The notes under the pieces: model-generated
What the model was told of the DNA's origin: nothing
Databases searched by the model: none
What the model saw: the letters and a program-made list of their open reading frames with translations, nothing else
From: Andalucia godoyi And28
Lineage: Eukaryota; Protista; Jakobida
NCBI GenBank assembly: GCA_009859145.1
Contig: VRVR01000014.1
Coordinates: forward strand, 3,548 to 67,547
DNA length: 64,000 nt
Direction: 5' to 3'
Position numbers and translations under genes: made by a program
Shown here: positions 12,343 to 21,738 of the stretch, piece by piece
Position numbering within the stretch: position 1 is the first letter of the stretch
How the letters are laid out: each line of letters opens with the position of its first letter

Positions 12343-12808
12343 TCCTCATAAAGACCTGCTTCCTGATGGTGACCCTTGCTGTTGCTGTTCCCGTTGCTGT
12401 TGTCAAAAAATAGCTCTAACGCATACAGCCACAATATCGTTGGTGGGAGAGGTTTTGGAATTCAAGGCACAAAAAAAAAAAAAAAAGGGAAAAAAAAACA
12501 CTCCCATACGCTCCAAGAAGCCGGCACGAGGTGCGGGAATGCAGTGAGTCAAAGTTGAGGCAAACGTGAGTTGCATCCTTGCAGGCGATGGTGACTGATC
12601 GAAGAACTTGGTTTGGGATGTTCGCTGTGCATTTTTTGCAAATAAAAGATGCGTGCAAACGAAACGAACCACGACGAGTGGGATTGGGTTGAGGGAATGT
12701 ACATGATTAATTTATTTATATGAAAAATCAAATATTTATAATAATAATAATAATAACAGAGAAACCAAGAAAAAAAAGTAAAAAACCAAATGATCCATAC
12801 GAACTCAG

Positions 12809-13291
12809 CGCCTACATAATACACTGAAACATGCATGTCTATTCGTAGATATGCATATTCAATCGTTGCATCCCGTTGCCCGGAAGGGGATAGGCTCCAA
12901 CACGCCTCACGGCATTCTTCAGATAAATGCTCCGCGCTCCGTTCCCAATCTCGATCAATCGGTGAGCCACTTTCTCAGCGTGACACATTGTTCCTGAGAA
13001 GGGTGCATTTTGAGTCTGACGGCCCTAGCAGCAGGCGCTTTCGTGTCCTCAGTTGTAGCGCGATTGATGCACCTGGAGCTACGAGAGGAAGAGGCGGTAG
13101 GCGTAGTGACATGTGGTCTCTTAGTAGGTCTGCGGGACCTAGGCGGCCCTGTATCACGAATTCCTGTGAAACAAACGTGCTAGTGTTGGCCACTATTGAC
13201 CGTGTCTGTTTCCTCGTATGCATGACAATGACGTGCTGCTATTCAATGGTCCATTTCCGATGCACCCCGGCTTGAACCATCGTTCTTTTTT
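12809..13291 (+). ncRNA. Candidate structured ncRNA/dispersed element, copy 1 (full-length form, ~483 nt)
   Basis: Shares a motif core with three other intergenic loci and a 3' block with 58089-58569; multiple hairpins with G-U pairs on this strand; ends in a T6 run. Confidence 0.55.
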
Positions 13292-13502
13292 CCGAATCAG
13301 TCGTGCAAACCAGATGGAGAAAACGTCCTACGTTAGGATTTCAAGCATCTTGTCAAAGACGATGAAAACAAAATAAACACTCAAGGTGAATGCAGTTCAA
13401 CAGTTGCCAACGATACAGAGGAAATCAACGGCTCTGTTGATGCTATTGAAAATGAGTAAACCCGGTGGCTGATTATGAGTAGTTGTTATTAATTCATTGA
13501 TT

Positions 13503-14900
13503 TCAGCGGTTGGGAAACTCAATTGAGAACACATGCAAATCTCCAAAGCAAACTTCGCCATTGAATCCGCCCCAGACGTACACACAAGCATCTTCTTCCC
13601 CCACAAGAGATGCTGTATGCACCGATCTTTTTGATGGTATGTCGCCCTTTGGAAGCACGTGCTCCCACACCATCGTGTCCAGATCCAGAAAATACACTTC
13701 GTCGCTTCGCGATATACCATCACTGCCCCCAAACAACATCAGCCGTCGGCGCTGCGCACCCCGTTCGCACCAGTCGGAATAAGAGTACTGCGAAATACAA
13801 TCGGAGCTGCAGTCACTGATGTCGAGTGGATCCTGTTGCAGCAGCTCTCCAGTAATGGTGTGCATAATCGAGCAATTCGGGCAAATGTGTCCATGCAGGA
13901 CTAGAGAGTGTGCGGCTCGGGGAGAAGGAACGGCGCCAGCCGTCTTTGGCAAAAACCATGTCAACGTCGGTAAGTGCAGTATCCAGAGAGAATTGGAGAA
14001 GTTCTGCGGATGCCACCGACCTCCAAAGACAAGGACACAGTCTCCGGCGACGACCGCAGCGGATGCTCCCATTGGAGGTGGAACGGCTCCGTGCGTAAGG
14101 ACCTGTTCCAAAGACCACGTTTCAAGGTCAATGCACCACGTGTCTCCATGCATGCGTCCGAATCCGTCGTGTCCATGAGAAATCCACACCTTGTTATTGT
14201 AGAAAAAGGAAAAATGCTGGGATCGTGGTGGCGGCTTTGGACCCCGGATATTCCGCCTCAAGACAATGGATGGCGAAAACCACCGAACAACAAAGAACTG
14301 CTGTGGATCATCGGCATCGGCTGGAAACTCCAGATGAAAAACGTGCAAGTCTTCAAAAATGGCCCTGCGGTTCTGGCCTCCGTAGACCACAAAGCGCGTG
14401 TCGCTGATGGCCGTCGCGGAATGACCACCTCGCTGCAGCGGACATCGCCCGGTGCCTTCTAGTCTTGGCAGGAACCATCGGAAGGTCGTCGTATCCAAAA
14501 TCCACATGTCCTCATGAGACTCGGAGTTTGGGCTTCTCCACCCACCCACAATCACCAAATATCGCCCGTTTCCAAGAAGCACAGAAGCATGGCCATATCG
14601 AGACTTCGGCACCACTTCGCCACTTGGAGACAGATTCACCTCTTCTTCGCGTGCAGAGACAGGGAAAACACCGGTTGGAAACAAGGAGCTGAGGGGAGGA
14701 ACAAAATGGTCTGGTGCGCGAAACGCCCCTGAATCGAACAAGGTCTCCGTAGGAGGTAGGTCATAATGTGCACTTCGATGAGGGCCAGACATGTGAAAGG
14801 TTGCAGCAGCAGGAGCCTGCGGACCGTACACCGACGCAGGTGCACTAGAGGGAGGGCCCGATGCGCTCTCCACGAATTTCCACTGATAGACCTCACCCAT
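13503..14900 (-). CDS. Kelch-repeat beta-propeller protein
   Basis: Repeated R.GH(S/A)...(V/Y)GG...D...D motifs (SRYGHASV, RGGHSAT, RSQHFS, RAAHSL, RSVHTAS); real start probably MGEVYQWKF at 14900, since the upstream ORF extension is low-complexity spacer. Confidence 0.85.
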   Translation of the reverse strand: MGEVYQWKFVESASGPPSSAPASVYGPQAPAAATFHMSGPHRSAHYDLPPTETLFDSGAFRAPDHFVPPLSSLFPTGVFPVSAREEEVNLSPSGEVVPKSRYGHASVLLGNGRYLVIVGGWRSPNSESHEDMWILDTTTFRWFLPRLEGTGRCPLQRGGHSATAISDTRFVVYGGQNRRAIFEDLHVFHLEFPADADDPQQFFVVRWFSPSIVLRRNIRGPKPPPRSQHFSFFYNNKVWISHGHDGFGRMHGDTWCIDLETWSLEQVLTHGAVPPPMGASAAVVAGDCVLVFGGRWHPQNFSNSLWILHLPTLTWFLPKTAGAVPSPRAAHSLVLHGHICPNCSIMHTITGELLQQDPLDISDCSSDCISQYSYSDWCERGAQRRRLMLFGGSDGISRSDEVYFLDLDTMVWEHVLPKGDIPSKRSVHTASLVGEEDACVYVWGGFNGEVCFGDLHVFSIEFPNR

Positions 14901-15746
14901 TTGCTTGATCTTCCTCTCGTTGCTGTTCTCGTGCTTCTTCTTGATGTTTCCGGGACGTTCCAAAAGTGCCCGCGACAAAAAATAAATAATAATAATCGCA
15001 AAACTGTTTTGGAATACTCGCTCTTTAAAGACACGGATGTCGAACGCACTTGCACGTGATGAACATGAGAAATACAGCAACGAAGCACCGAGCAAAAAGA
15101 AAGGAGAAAGACGCAGAGAGGAAAGAGGAACACCACCTGTTTGAGGCATGTTTTTCTTTTTCGCTGACGCCTGTAGATCCACAGGGGACCGGCAGTCGGG
15201 GAAAATCCACCGAAATACTCCGCTTCCGGACTTTCCCCCCTTCGCATTCCTTCGTAGAAGCTCATATTCAGACCAGCAAAGTCCATGAGGGAAAAAACCC
15301 CAATCTCTTCTTGCAAACCTATTTGTTCTCTCTTCTTTTTTCTTCTTCTGCTGTTCGTGACCCGTTTTTTTCTTTCTTTTTTTTATCACGCCAAACCTCA
15401 GTACAGACCACGCACCACGCATCTCATAACATCCACTGTGTCCGCAAAATAGCCACACTCAATCAAATTTCCTGACAAGTTTCCAGCAAAAAGGCTCCAT
15501 ATGGTCGTTCACTGTTGAAAATGCGTTCTTAATAATCCCCAGCCCACCAGCTTTCTTTTTCTAGAAGGTATTCTCGCCCGTCTTCATCATTTCCTTTGTA
15601 TTGAACAATGCCGCGGAGCACCTTTCCCTAACCCTTTTAAGCAATGGAGTAGTTTTTTTGATATTTCCCTCTCCCTCTTCTCTTCCGTAGCTGCGTCACC
15701 AAACTATTCTGTTCGACTCTTATCTTCCTTTTTTGACTTCTGAAAA

Positions 15747-16859
15747 ATGCAGATCCCTTTCTTCGAAGCCCGAGAGTCCTTGCGCCTTCCGGTCCTCGTG
15801 TCTCCTGGATCTTTCCAGATCCCGTCGCCGCAGCCTGTTGCGGTTGCGGTTGCTCCGGCTTCCAGGCTCGGGCCCGCACCGGAAGAAATGGCCCTGGATC
15901 ATACCTTTGCGGTCGACCTTTCTTCTCTCACCGCTTTGACCTTTTCTTCTTCGTTCGGCCCAACCCTGTCGTCAATGCTGCCGTTTCCTCCAGACGGCTT
16001 GTTTTTCACCTCCGACATCGCCCAGCCGGAATACCAGGCGTCTCCTGTGGACCAGGCTGTTGCTCCGGCCTCTGCTTGCGTGAATCCCGCAAACACGTGC
16101 TTGATGGCATCAGGGTTGTCAGCGTTTGGTTCAGAGCACATGGCATCAATGGTATCGGATGTCAGTTCTTTCTCTGCCTCTGCCTCTGCCTCTTCCTCAT
16201 CCTCTGCTTCTGCTTCTGCTTCTGCCTCTTCCTCTGCTTCTGGAGCGCATGGTAGGGATACCAATCCCCCGGTCTTAAAACCGGATGAGTGGACGGTCGT
16301 AGGGCATCCACGAGCTGCTTTGGGCTCCGTCCGAGCGTTGGTGCGAACCAAAAAGTCGTCCGAACTGCTCGAGTTTCCGTCACGGTTTTTCTGGACTTCT
16401 CGCTACGTTTGGAAGCTGGTGACCGACGATTTGGAGATTCTGCGCAGCTCCGTCAAGGTATCGCTCCTGAACGGCGCGACCTTGAACGAAATGGATCGCG
16501 GGCTCGTGGGTACAACGTTCATCGATCGTTTGGAAACACAGGACTCCATCCCACTGGCATTCAAGTTTGCCACCCACTCTGCTCGAGAAAACGGTGCCGA
16601 GTTCCGTCTGAGGTTTTTCTTTTCGTGCGGATTGGAAATGTTCTCTCCGTCTTTCCAGGTTCTCGCACGGCGTCCGAATGGCGAGGTGTATGCTCCAAAG
16701 AAGCGTTCGTACGAAGCTGCATTTCTCGAATCCCCAGAAGAACTCTCATTCGAGGAAAGGGTCGCGGTCATGCAGCGGTTTCTCACTGTGCTGTCCGTTC
16801 TGGAGGATGCGGAAGAAGTCGAGTATTTCAAGAAGAGGGTGTTTGATGTACTGAAGTGA
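15747..16859 (+). CDS. Hypothetical protein with putative Ig-fold DNA-binding domain (CudA/velvet/RHD-like)
   Basis: P/S/A-rich N-half; C-half LAFKFATHSARENGAEFRLRFFFSCGLEMFSPSFQVLARRP followed by PKKR. Family call is inference. Confidence 0.6.
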   Translation: MQIPFFEARESLRLPVLVSPGSFQIPSPQPVAVAVAPASRLGPAPEEMALDHTFAVDLSSLTALTFSSSFGPTLSSMLPFPPDGLFFTSDIAQPEYQASPVDQAVAPASACVNPANTCLMASGLSAFGSEHMASMVSDVSSFSASASASSSSSASASASASSSASGAHGRDTNPPVLKPDEWTVVGHPRAALGSVRALVRTKKSSELLEFPSRFFWTSRYVWKLVTDDLEILRSSVKVSLLNGATLNEMDRGLVGTTFIDRLETQDSIPLAFKFATHSARENGAEFRLRFFFSCGLEMFSPSFQVLARRPNGEVYAPKKRSYEAAFLESPEELSFEERVAVMQRFLTVLSVLEDAEEVEYFKKRVFDVLK

Positions 16860-17250
16860 AAAACGGACCGGCTCGTTCGATGATTCACACCGCGTGATGA
16901 TGTTCATGATGTTGTGTTGTTATTGGACTGTTATCTTTGTTTGGTTGTAAAAAATAATAATAATAATAATAATAAATCGTATTTGTTATGTTGTACAATG
17001 TTTCATGCATCGTTTAGGCACCCACTCACCCCCCCCCCCCCCCCAAAAAAAAGAGAGAAGAAAAAGATGATAATCATGGTGTTGCGAAACGATCGGACAT
17101 TTCGTAATTGTTGTAATAAAATAATGTGCTTTTGTCAAAAGCAAACAACGACGTGCGTCCACAGTTCAAAACCGCAGGTTATAATTCGAAATTTATGAAC
17201 ATCAAACAGTCTCCCGGCAACAAAATGTTTCTTCCACGACACGAAGTGGG

Positions 17251-18546
17251 TCAAAATTGGTGGGCAAAGATAGCTGCCATGTCGAAGCGAACAAACGACT
17301 GCGTGAATGCTTCATAGACGCCGGAAGACTCGTCCACAGCTGCATTCGCAACATAGACATACTCGGTGGCAAAATCGTACACTGCAATGTGCATATCTCC
17401 AGTACGAGACACGGCGGCAATGTCAGAAATCGTGTTCTCAGCAGTAAACGATCCGTAGAACTTTTCAAGCAACGACGAGTAGCAGTCGTGCGTCGTCGGC
17501 TGCGGATGCTTGTCCCAGTAGACAAGGTTTGGCATGTACGGATGCTGGGGATAGACTGGCTGGTTCTTGTCGTCGTAGATGTTGATGACGTTTGCTGCAT
17601 ACTCCACTCCTCGGAACTCGTTAGTGTTCTTGTCCCCCACACCGACGTGGATGGAGCAGGTACGATGTGCATTAACAAGCTGCGTAATTGCAGCGTCCAA
17701 ATCCCCTGCAAACTGGAGGACATCACGAAGAACAAATGTCCACGGCATTCCAAAGCGTGAGTCGACGTCCTTTGGGGTGTTCAACCACACCTTCTCAGAC
17801 AACGCAACTCCGGTGCTCGAATAGCCGGTTCCGATGGTGCCAACCATGCCCGGCCAGCCAATGACCGCAAACGGGTGTCCACCTTCCTTGGCGTTCGGGA
17901 AGTACACAGTGACGGACGGCCATTTCTTGATGACGCACTTTGCATCCCAGTCGAGTGCACGGAGCTGGAGAAGCTTTCCGTCGCGAGAGGCGGTTGCATT
18001 GCCCCATGCGCCAAACATGGAGCATGCGGCCTTTGTCAATTCAGGAAACATGGCCAATCGACGGAACATCACAAGGTCAATTCCCGTGGCGTCCGCAAGT
18101 CCCTTCATTTCATCATAGTAACGCTGCGGCGTATACTTGGTCGTCGCGTCCCATGTAAGATCCAGGGCTGCATTGAGGCCGTTCTTAACAATAAAGTTGA
18201 CCATCCACTTGGGAACCTTGGACAGGATTTGATCGACTTCGGCCTCAATGTACTGGAAAAACTCGGGAACCAGCTCTTCAAACTCCTTCTTCATCAGTTC
18301 GCCCTGGGCATATCCCATTTCATAGAACGAACCCTTCACATACAACAGATGAATCGCATCCTCACCTGTGCCAGCAAGCCAGCGCTCGCCGTTCGGAGTC
18401 GCGCTAATCTTCACGGGTGCATCCGTGATGATCGGCTTCGTGTTGCGCGGAGCACCGCCGCAGTCGGCCGTCTGTGCAACCACAATCACGCTTCCGACAA
18501 TGCTCGAAAATACCACAAAGGCAGCCAGTGCAACTACGAGCTTCAT
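17251..18546 (-). CDS. Secreted/lysosomal Ntn-hydrolase (acid ceramidase-like / peptidase C45, Dictyostelium Dcd1-like)
   Basis: Signal peptide MKLVVALAAF, GSFYEMGYAQG, autocleavage Cys in KAACSMFGAWG, LRALDW motif. Confidence 0.8.
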   Translation of the reverse strand: MKLVVALAAFVVFSSIVGSVIVVAQTADCGGAPRNTKPIITDAPVKISATPNGERWLAGTGEDAIHLLYVKGSFYEMGYAQGELMKKEFEELVPEFFQYIEAEVDQILSKVPKWMVNFIVKNGLNAALDLTWDATTKYTPQRYYDEMKGLADATGIDLVMFRRLAMFPELTKAACSMFGAWGNATASRDGKLLQLRALDWDAKCVIKKWPSVTVYFPNAKEGGHPFAVIGWPGMVGTIGTGYSSTGVALSEKVWLNTPKDVDSRFGMPWTFVLRDVLQFAGDLDAAITQLVNAHRTCSIHVGVGDKNTNEFRGVEYAANVINIYDDKNQPVYPQHPYMPNLVYWDKHPQPTTHDCYSSLLEKFYGSFTAENTISDIAAVSRTGDMHIAVYDFATEYVYVANAAVDESSGVYEAFTQSFVRFDMAAIFAHQF

Positions 18547-18924
18547 GGCTGTCAAGCAAGACCTACGCAGTATGAAAATTATTGTGCGAAGGAGAGAGAG
18601 AGGAAACAAGGAGAGGGAACAAGGAGAAAAACGATCGGACCAAGAGAAGGAGTACTATATAAACTCCCTTTTCCCAGCTTCCCAAAAAGTCCTCAAGTGA
18701 TGCTTGCTCCGGATAACTTTTTTCTTTCTTCCTTCTCTTTTCTTTCCTGTTTGGCGAGAAGACGTGCATGTTCTTGTTTCGTGCAGCGACTGGCTCTCAA
18801 GCAAGTCCTTACACGTTCACAGTTCGGAAGCATAGTTCACTTCCTATTTGATGCTTTGAATTTGCGAAATCACCAACAAACAGAGAGAGAAGTAGAAGAA
18901 GAACACCACCAACAAAAGGCAATC

Positions 18925-19515
18925 ATGTCCAAAGCTTCCAAAGTATACTCGTATCTGAATCACAGGATACGTGTGACGATCCAAGACAATCGCACTCTCG
19001 TCGGGACGTTTCTTGCCTTTGATCGGCACATGAACATGGTCTTGTCAGACGTCGAAGAGCACCGACGTGTGATTTCCCGGACGGACGGCGCAGAACAGCT
19101 TCTCAAACGAGCATTGGGGATGATGATTCTGCGCGGTGAATCAATCGTCTCGATGACGATCGAAGGACCTGCGCCCGTCCATGAATCAAGACTACGAGTA
19201 GGACAGTCTGCCGGTCTGCAGGAAAACAAGGGCGCTGTCAAGGTTATTGGCGTTGGTCGTGGAAATCCAGTTGCCATTGCTGCCCCGATTCAAGCTGGAA
19301 GAGGAATGCCCGTGGCAATCGCCCCATTACCCGTTCCCGCAGCCGTGCCTACAATGGGAACCCTTCCCGCTGGCCTGCCTGCTGGCCTTCCCCCAGGTCT
19401 GCCTCCTATGGGCTTGCTTCCAGGTCTTCCAGTTGGTCTTCCTCCAGGTCTGCCTCCGGGTTTGCCAGTGGGAATGGGACGCGGTGCTCCACCACCACCC
19501 CCTCCGAGAAAATAA
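18925..19515 (+). CDS. SNRPB: Spliceosomal Sm protein B/B'
   Basis: MSKASKVYSYLNHRIRVTIQDNRTLVGTFLAFDRHMNMVLSD, LGMMILRGESIVSMTIEGP, and a Pro/GRG-rich tail. Confidence 0.95.
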   Translation: MSKASKVYSYLNHRIRVTIQDNRTLVGTFLAFDRHMNMVLSDVEEHRRVISRTDGAEQLLKRALGMMILRGESIVSMTIEGPAPVHESRLRVGQSAGLQENKGAVKVIGVGRGNPVAIAAPIQAGRGMPVAIAPLPVPAAVPTMGTLPAGLPAGLPPGLPPMGLLPGLPVGLPPGLPPGLPVGMGRGAPPPPPPRK

Positions 19516-19718
19516 CGCAAAACTCTAAACTTTTCAGTTCACAATTATCATTTTTTTTATATTAAGTATCATTGTTATTATTATTATTTTTTAAATTAAA
19601 AAAATACATCCAAAAGGGAAATGGGGGGGGAAGACGACAGAACGGTGTGAAGAAGAAACATAAAAAGGCAGAAGCAAGACGACGCAAGCTGCAGAGGACA
19701 CCACGCGCAATCTCGTAC

Positions 19719-21146
19719 TTAGTGCTCATCAAGGTATCGTGCAATATCTCGGAGGGCGTTGATGTACGACTCCATATAGTGGTCAGAAATGCAAGTTTCG
19801 GACATGATGATATGTCCAAAACAATCGAACCGCTTGGATGTCATGTAGTGCCGCTTTTCGTGTCGGACAATGTGGTGCAGATTTCCAGGCGGATACATCT
19901 TGATGGATGCTGCAATCTTTCGGTCCTCGATCACTTCATCCGTGATCTCCGGCTCGTCGCCTTCTGCCGTGCTTGCACCGGGCGGGCCTTCGGGAGGTGA
20001 ATTCCCAGCAATCTCGCCTTCGTGTGACAGTTCCATGGGAGGTGCACCTGCTGCATCCTTCTTCTTTCCAAAACCAATCTTGTTGAAGGCCTTGCTCATC
20101 ATGTCTCCCGCACTGTTTGTCATCTTGACTACCGCCGAAGATATGGCTTTTGTCGCATTCTTCGAGCGCTCCGACACTTTGTACTTCAGATCGAGCGACT
20201 TCGCCGAGGTCATCGTTTGCAGCTTGAGCTTTGCAACTTTCTCGTCGATTTTGTAGTCCTTGGCGGTCTTGGACAGCCGCTCTTTGGTTTCAACCGCGAG
20301 CTTTCCAACCTTGGTTCCCATGATATCATTCTTCATTTCTGCTGCCCACGGATAGTCGACCACTTCCTGCCTGAGCTCCTCGACGGCGACGGTGGAGAAC
20401 CGAGGAACAATGTCGTCCTCGAGCACAATACTCGTTGCAACGTCTTCCGTCAGCGAGCAAATCTCATCTGACACACATGCAGGTGGTGCAAATGCGTAGC
20501 AGTGAATATCTGGGAATTCATTGCGGAAAAGCATTGTCACGAGTACTGCAGTTCCAGCCCCGAGTGAATGTCCGACCACGATCAGTTTCCGTTTCTTTTC
20601 CGTGCACAAGTCCAGCAGTTCCTGCTTTAAATTTCCATTAAACCACTGTGCCGCACGCACCATTCCTCGATGTGCACTGCCCCCTGCAAACGGATCGACC
20701 GTTGCCGCAAGATCCGTCAACGCGTCTTTAATTGATGCTGTTCCACGAATTGCAAAGACAACTGCATTGAACCGATCGTCCAGCGCGTAGTAGTACGACG
20801 GTCGAACAATCGTCGACGTCCACGCAGACTTGATAATGTTGGATGGCTTCAGCATCGTGCGGTTCAGAAGTTCCTCGTGCGATCCCGCATATGTGCCCTT
20901 CACAAGCTCTGCAATGTACCGAAGATCGTCCACAAACTTGGCATCGTGTAACAGGCTCGCAGGAACGCTGCTTCCAAGCCGCGCACGCTCTTCTGATTTC
21001 GATTTTGCAAGATACCGAAGTCCAAAGGCTACATCTCCAACGCTCCAGCCATTCATATCAAGGAAAATCTCCTTGATGGACGCCGCCACCACCTTGAAGT
21101 TTCCATCCGAAGAAGCCTGGTTCGATGGGTCCTGGTTCGCATTCAT
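19719..21146 (-). CDS. Class 3 lipase (DAG-lipase-like)
   Basis: VFAIRGT, HRGMV, GHSLGAG nucleophile elbow, AFAPP, DDIVPR, C-terminal DH. Confidence 0.88.
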   Translation of the reverse strand: MNANQDPSNQASSDGNFKVVAASIKEIFLDMNGWSVGDVAFGLRYLAKSKSEERARLGSSVPASLLHDAKFVDDLRYIAELVKGTYAGSHEELLNRTMLKPSNIIKSAWTSTIVRPSYYYALDDRFNAVVFAIRGTASIKDALTDLAATVDPFAGGSAHRGMVRAAQWFNGNLKQELLDLCTEKKRKLIVVGHSLGAGTAVLVTMLFRNEFPDIHCYAFAPPACVSDEICSLTEDVATSIVLEDDIVPRFSTVAVEELRQEVVDYPWAAEMKNDIMGTKVGKLAVETKERLSKTAKDYKIDEKVAKLKLQTMTSAKSLDLKYKVSERSKNATKAISSAVVKMTNSAGDMMSKAFNKIGFGKKKDAAGAPPMELSHEGEIAGNSPPEGPPGASTAEGDEPEITDEVIEDRKIAASIKMYPPGNLHHIVRHEKRHYMTSKRFDCFGHIIMSETCISDHYMESYINALRDIARYLDEH

Positions 21147-21738
21147 TTTTCCTTTCCAACAATTCTAGATAGTCAATCTCTCTTTCTCTTTCTCTCTCTT
21201 TCTTTCTTTCTTTCTTTGTTCGTTTGTTGGTTTTCTTCGTTTCTCTTCCCTCTTTCCTTTTCTTACTATTCTCCCTCTGCTCAAAGGGGGAGGAGGAAAA
21301 AAATGAAAAACGAAAATGAAGAGAAAAATGAAAAAATAAATGGACGGATTCTGATTCGGTGCAATCTGTGTGTGTGTTCTCTCTCTCTCTCTCTCTTTCT
21401 CTATGCAATTGGTCTCTGGTCTGTCGTTCGTGTGGGCAATCGTGTCAACCCTGTTTCTCTTTTTTCCCTCAAACGAGTTTGATCAATTCGAAAAGAAAAA
21501 AAAGTGGAACAACGAATCGTTTCGCTAACTTCCGATACGCAGCATAGCAAAACTCGCGGAACTGCAGCTGCCGGACCTTTTTTTTTTCGTCTCTATCCTT
21601 ACTGCCGATATGTACCGACTGAAGCTCACGTCGGTAGGAAACGAGAAAGATGCGATGAGATGAACTGTCCAAATGGAAACACTCGACAAGACGCGGGAGC
21701 CAGAGAGGGCGCGGGAGAGGGAAGAAAAGAGACTAATA

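Noticed and set aside
12490-12670. GC-rich block upstream of cyclin C with ATTTTTTG (Sm-site-like) and GATCGAAG (U1-loop-like)
   Set aside because: No U1 5' ACTTACC or U1A loop in the correct order; not supportable as an snRNA.
13146-13175. GAATTCCTGTGAAAC resembles the group I intron P element
   Set aside because: No complementary P4 3' strand or Q element downstream; it folds locally within CACG/CGTG.
12835-13275. ORFs 12835-13275(+) and 58316-58528(-) share a peptide (EGDR.QHASR.SSDKCS)
   Set aside because: Explained by the nucleotide repeat; a 1-nt indel breaks the frame between copies and substitutions are not synonymous-biased.
14901-15458. N-terminal extensions in the ORF track (kelch, SmB 17875-18924, G3BP, GCLC 45489-45752, VAMP7)
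   Set aside because: They run through low-complexity spacers, microsatellites or the antisense of neighbouring genes; homology starts at internal Met codons.
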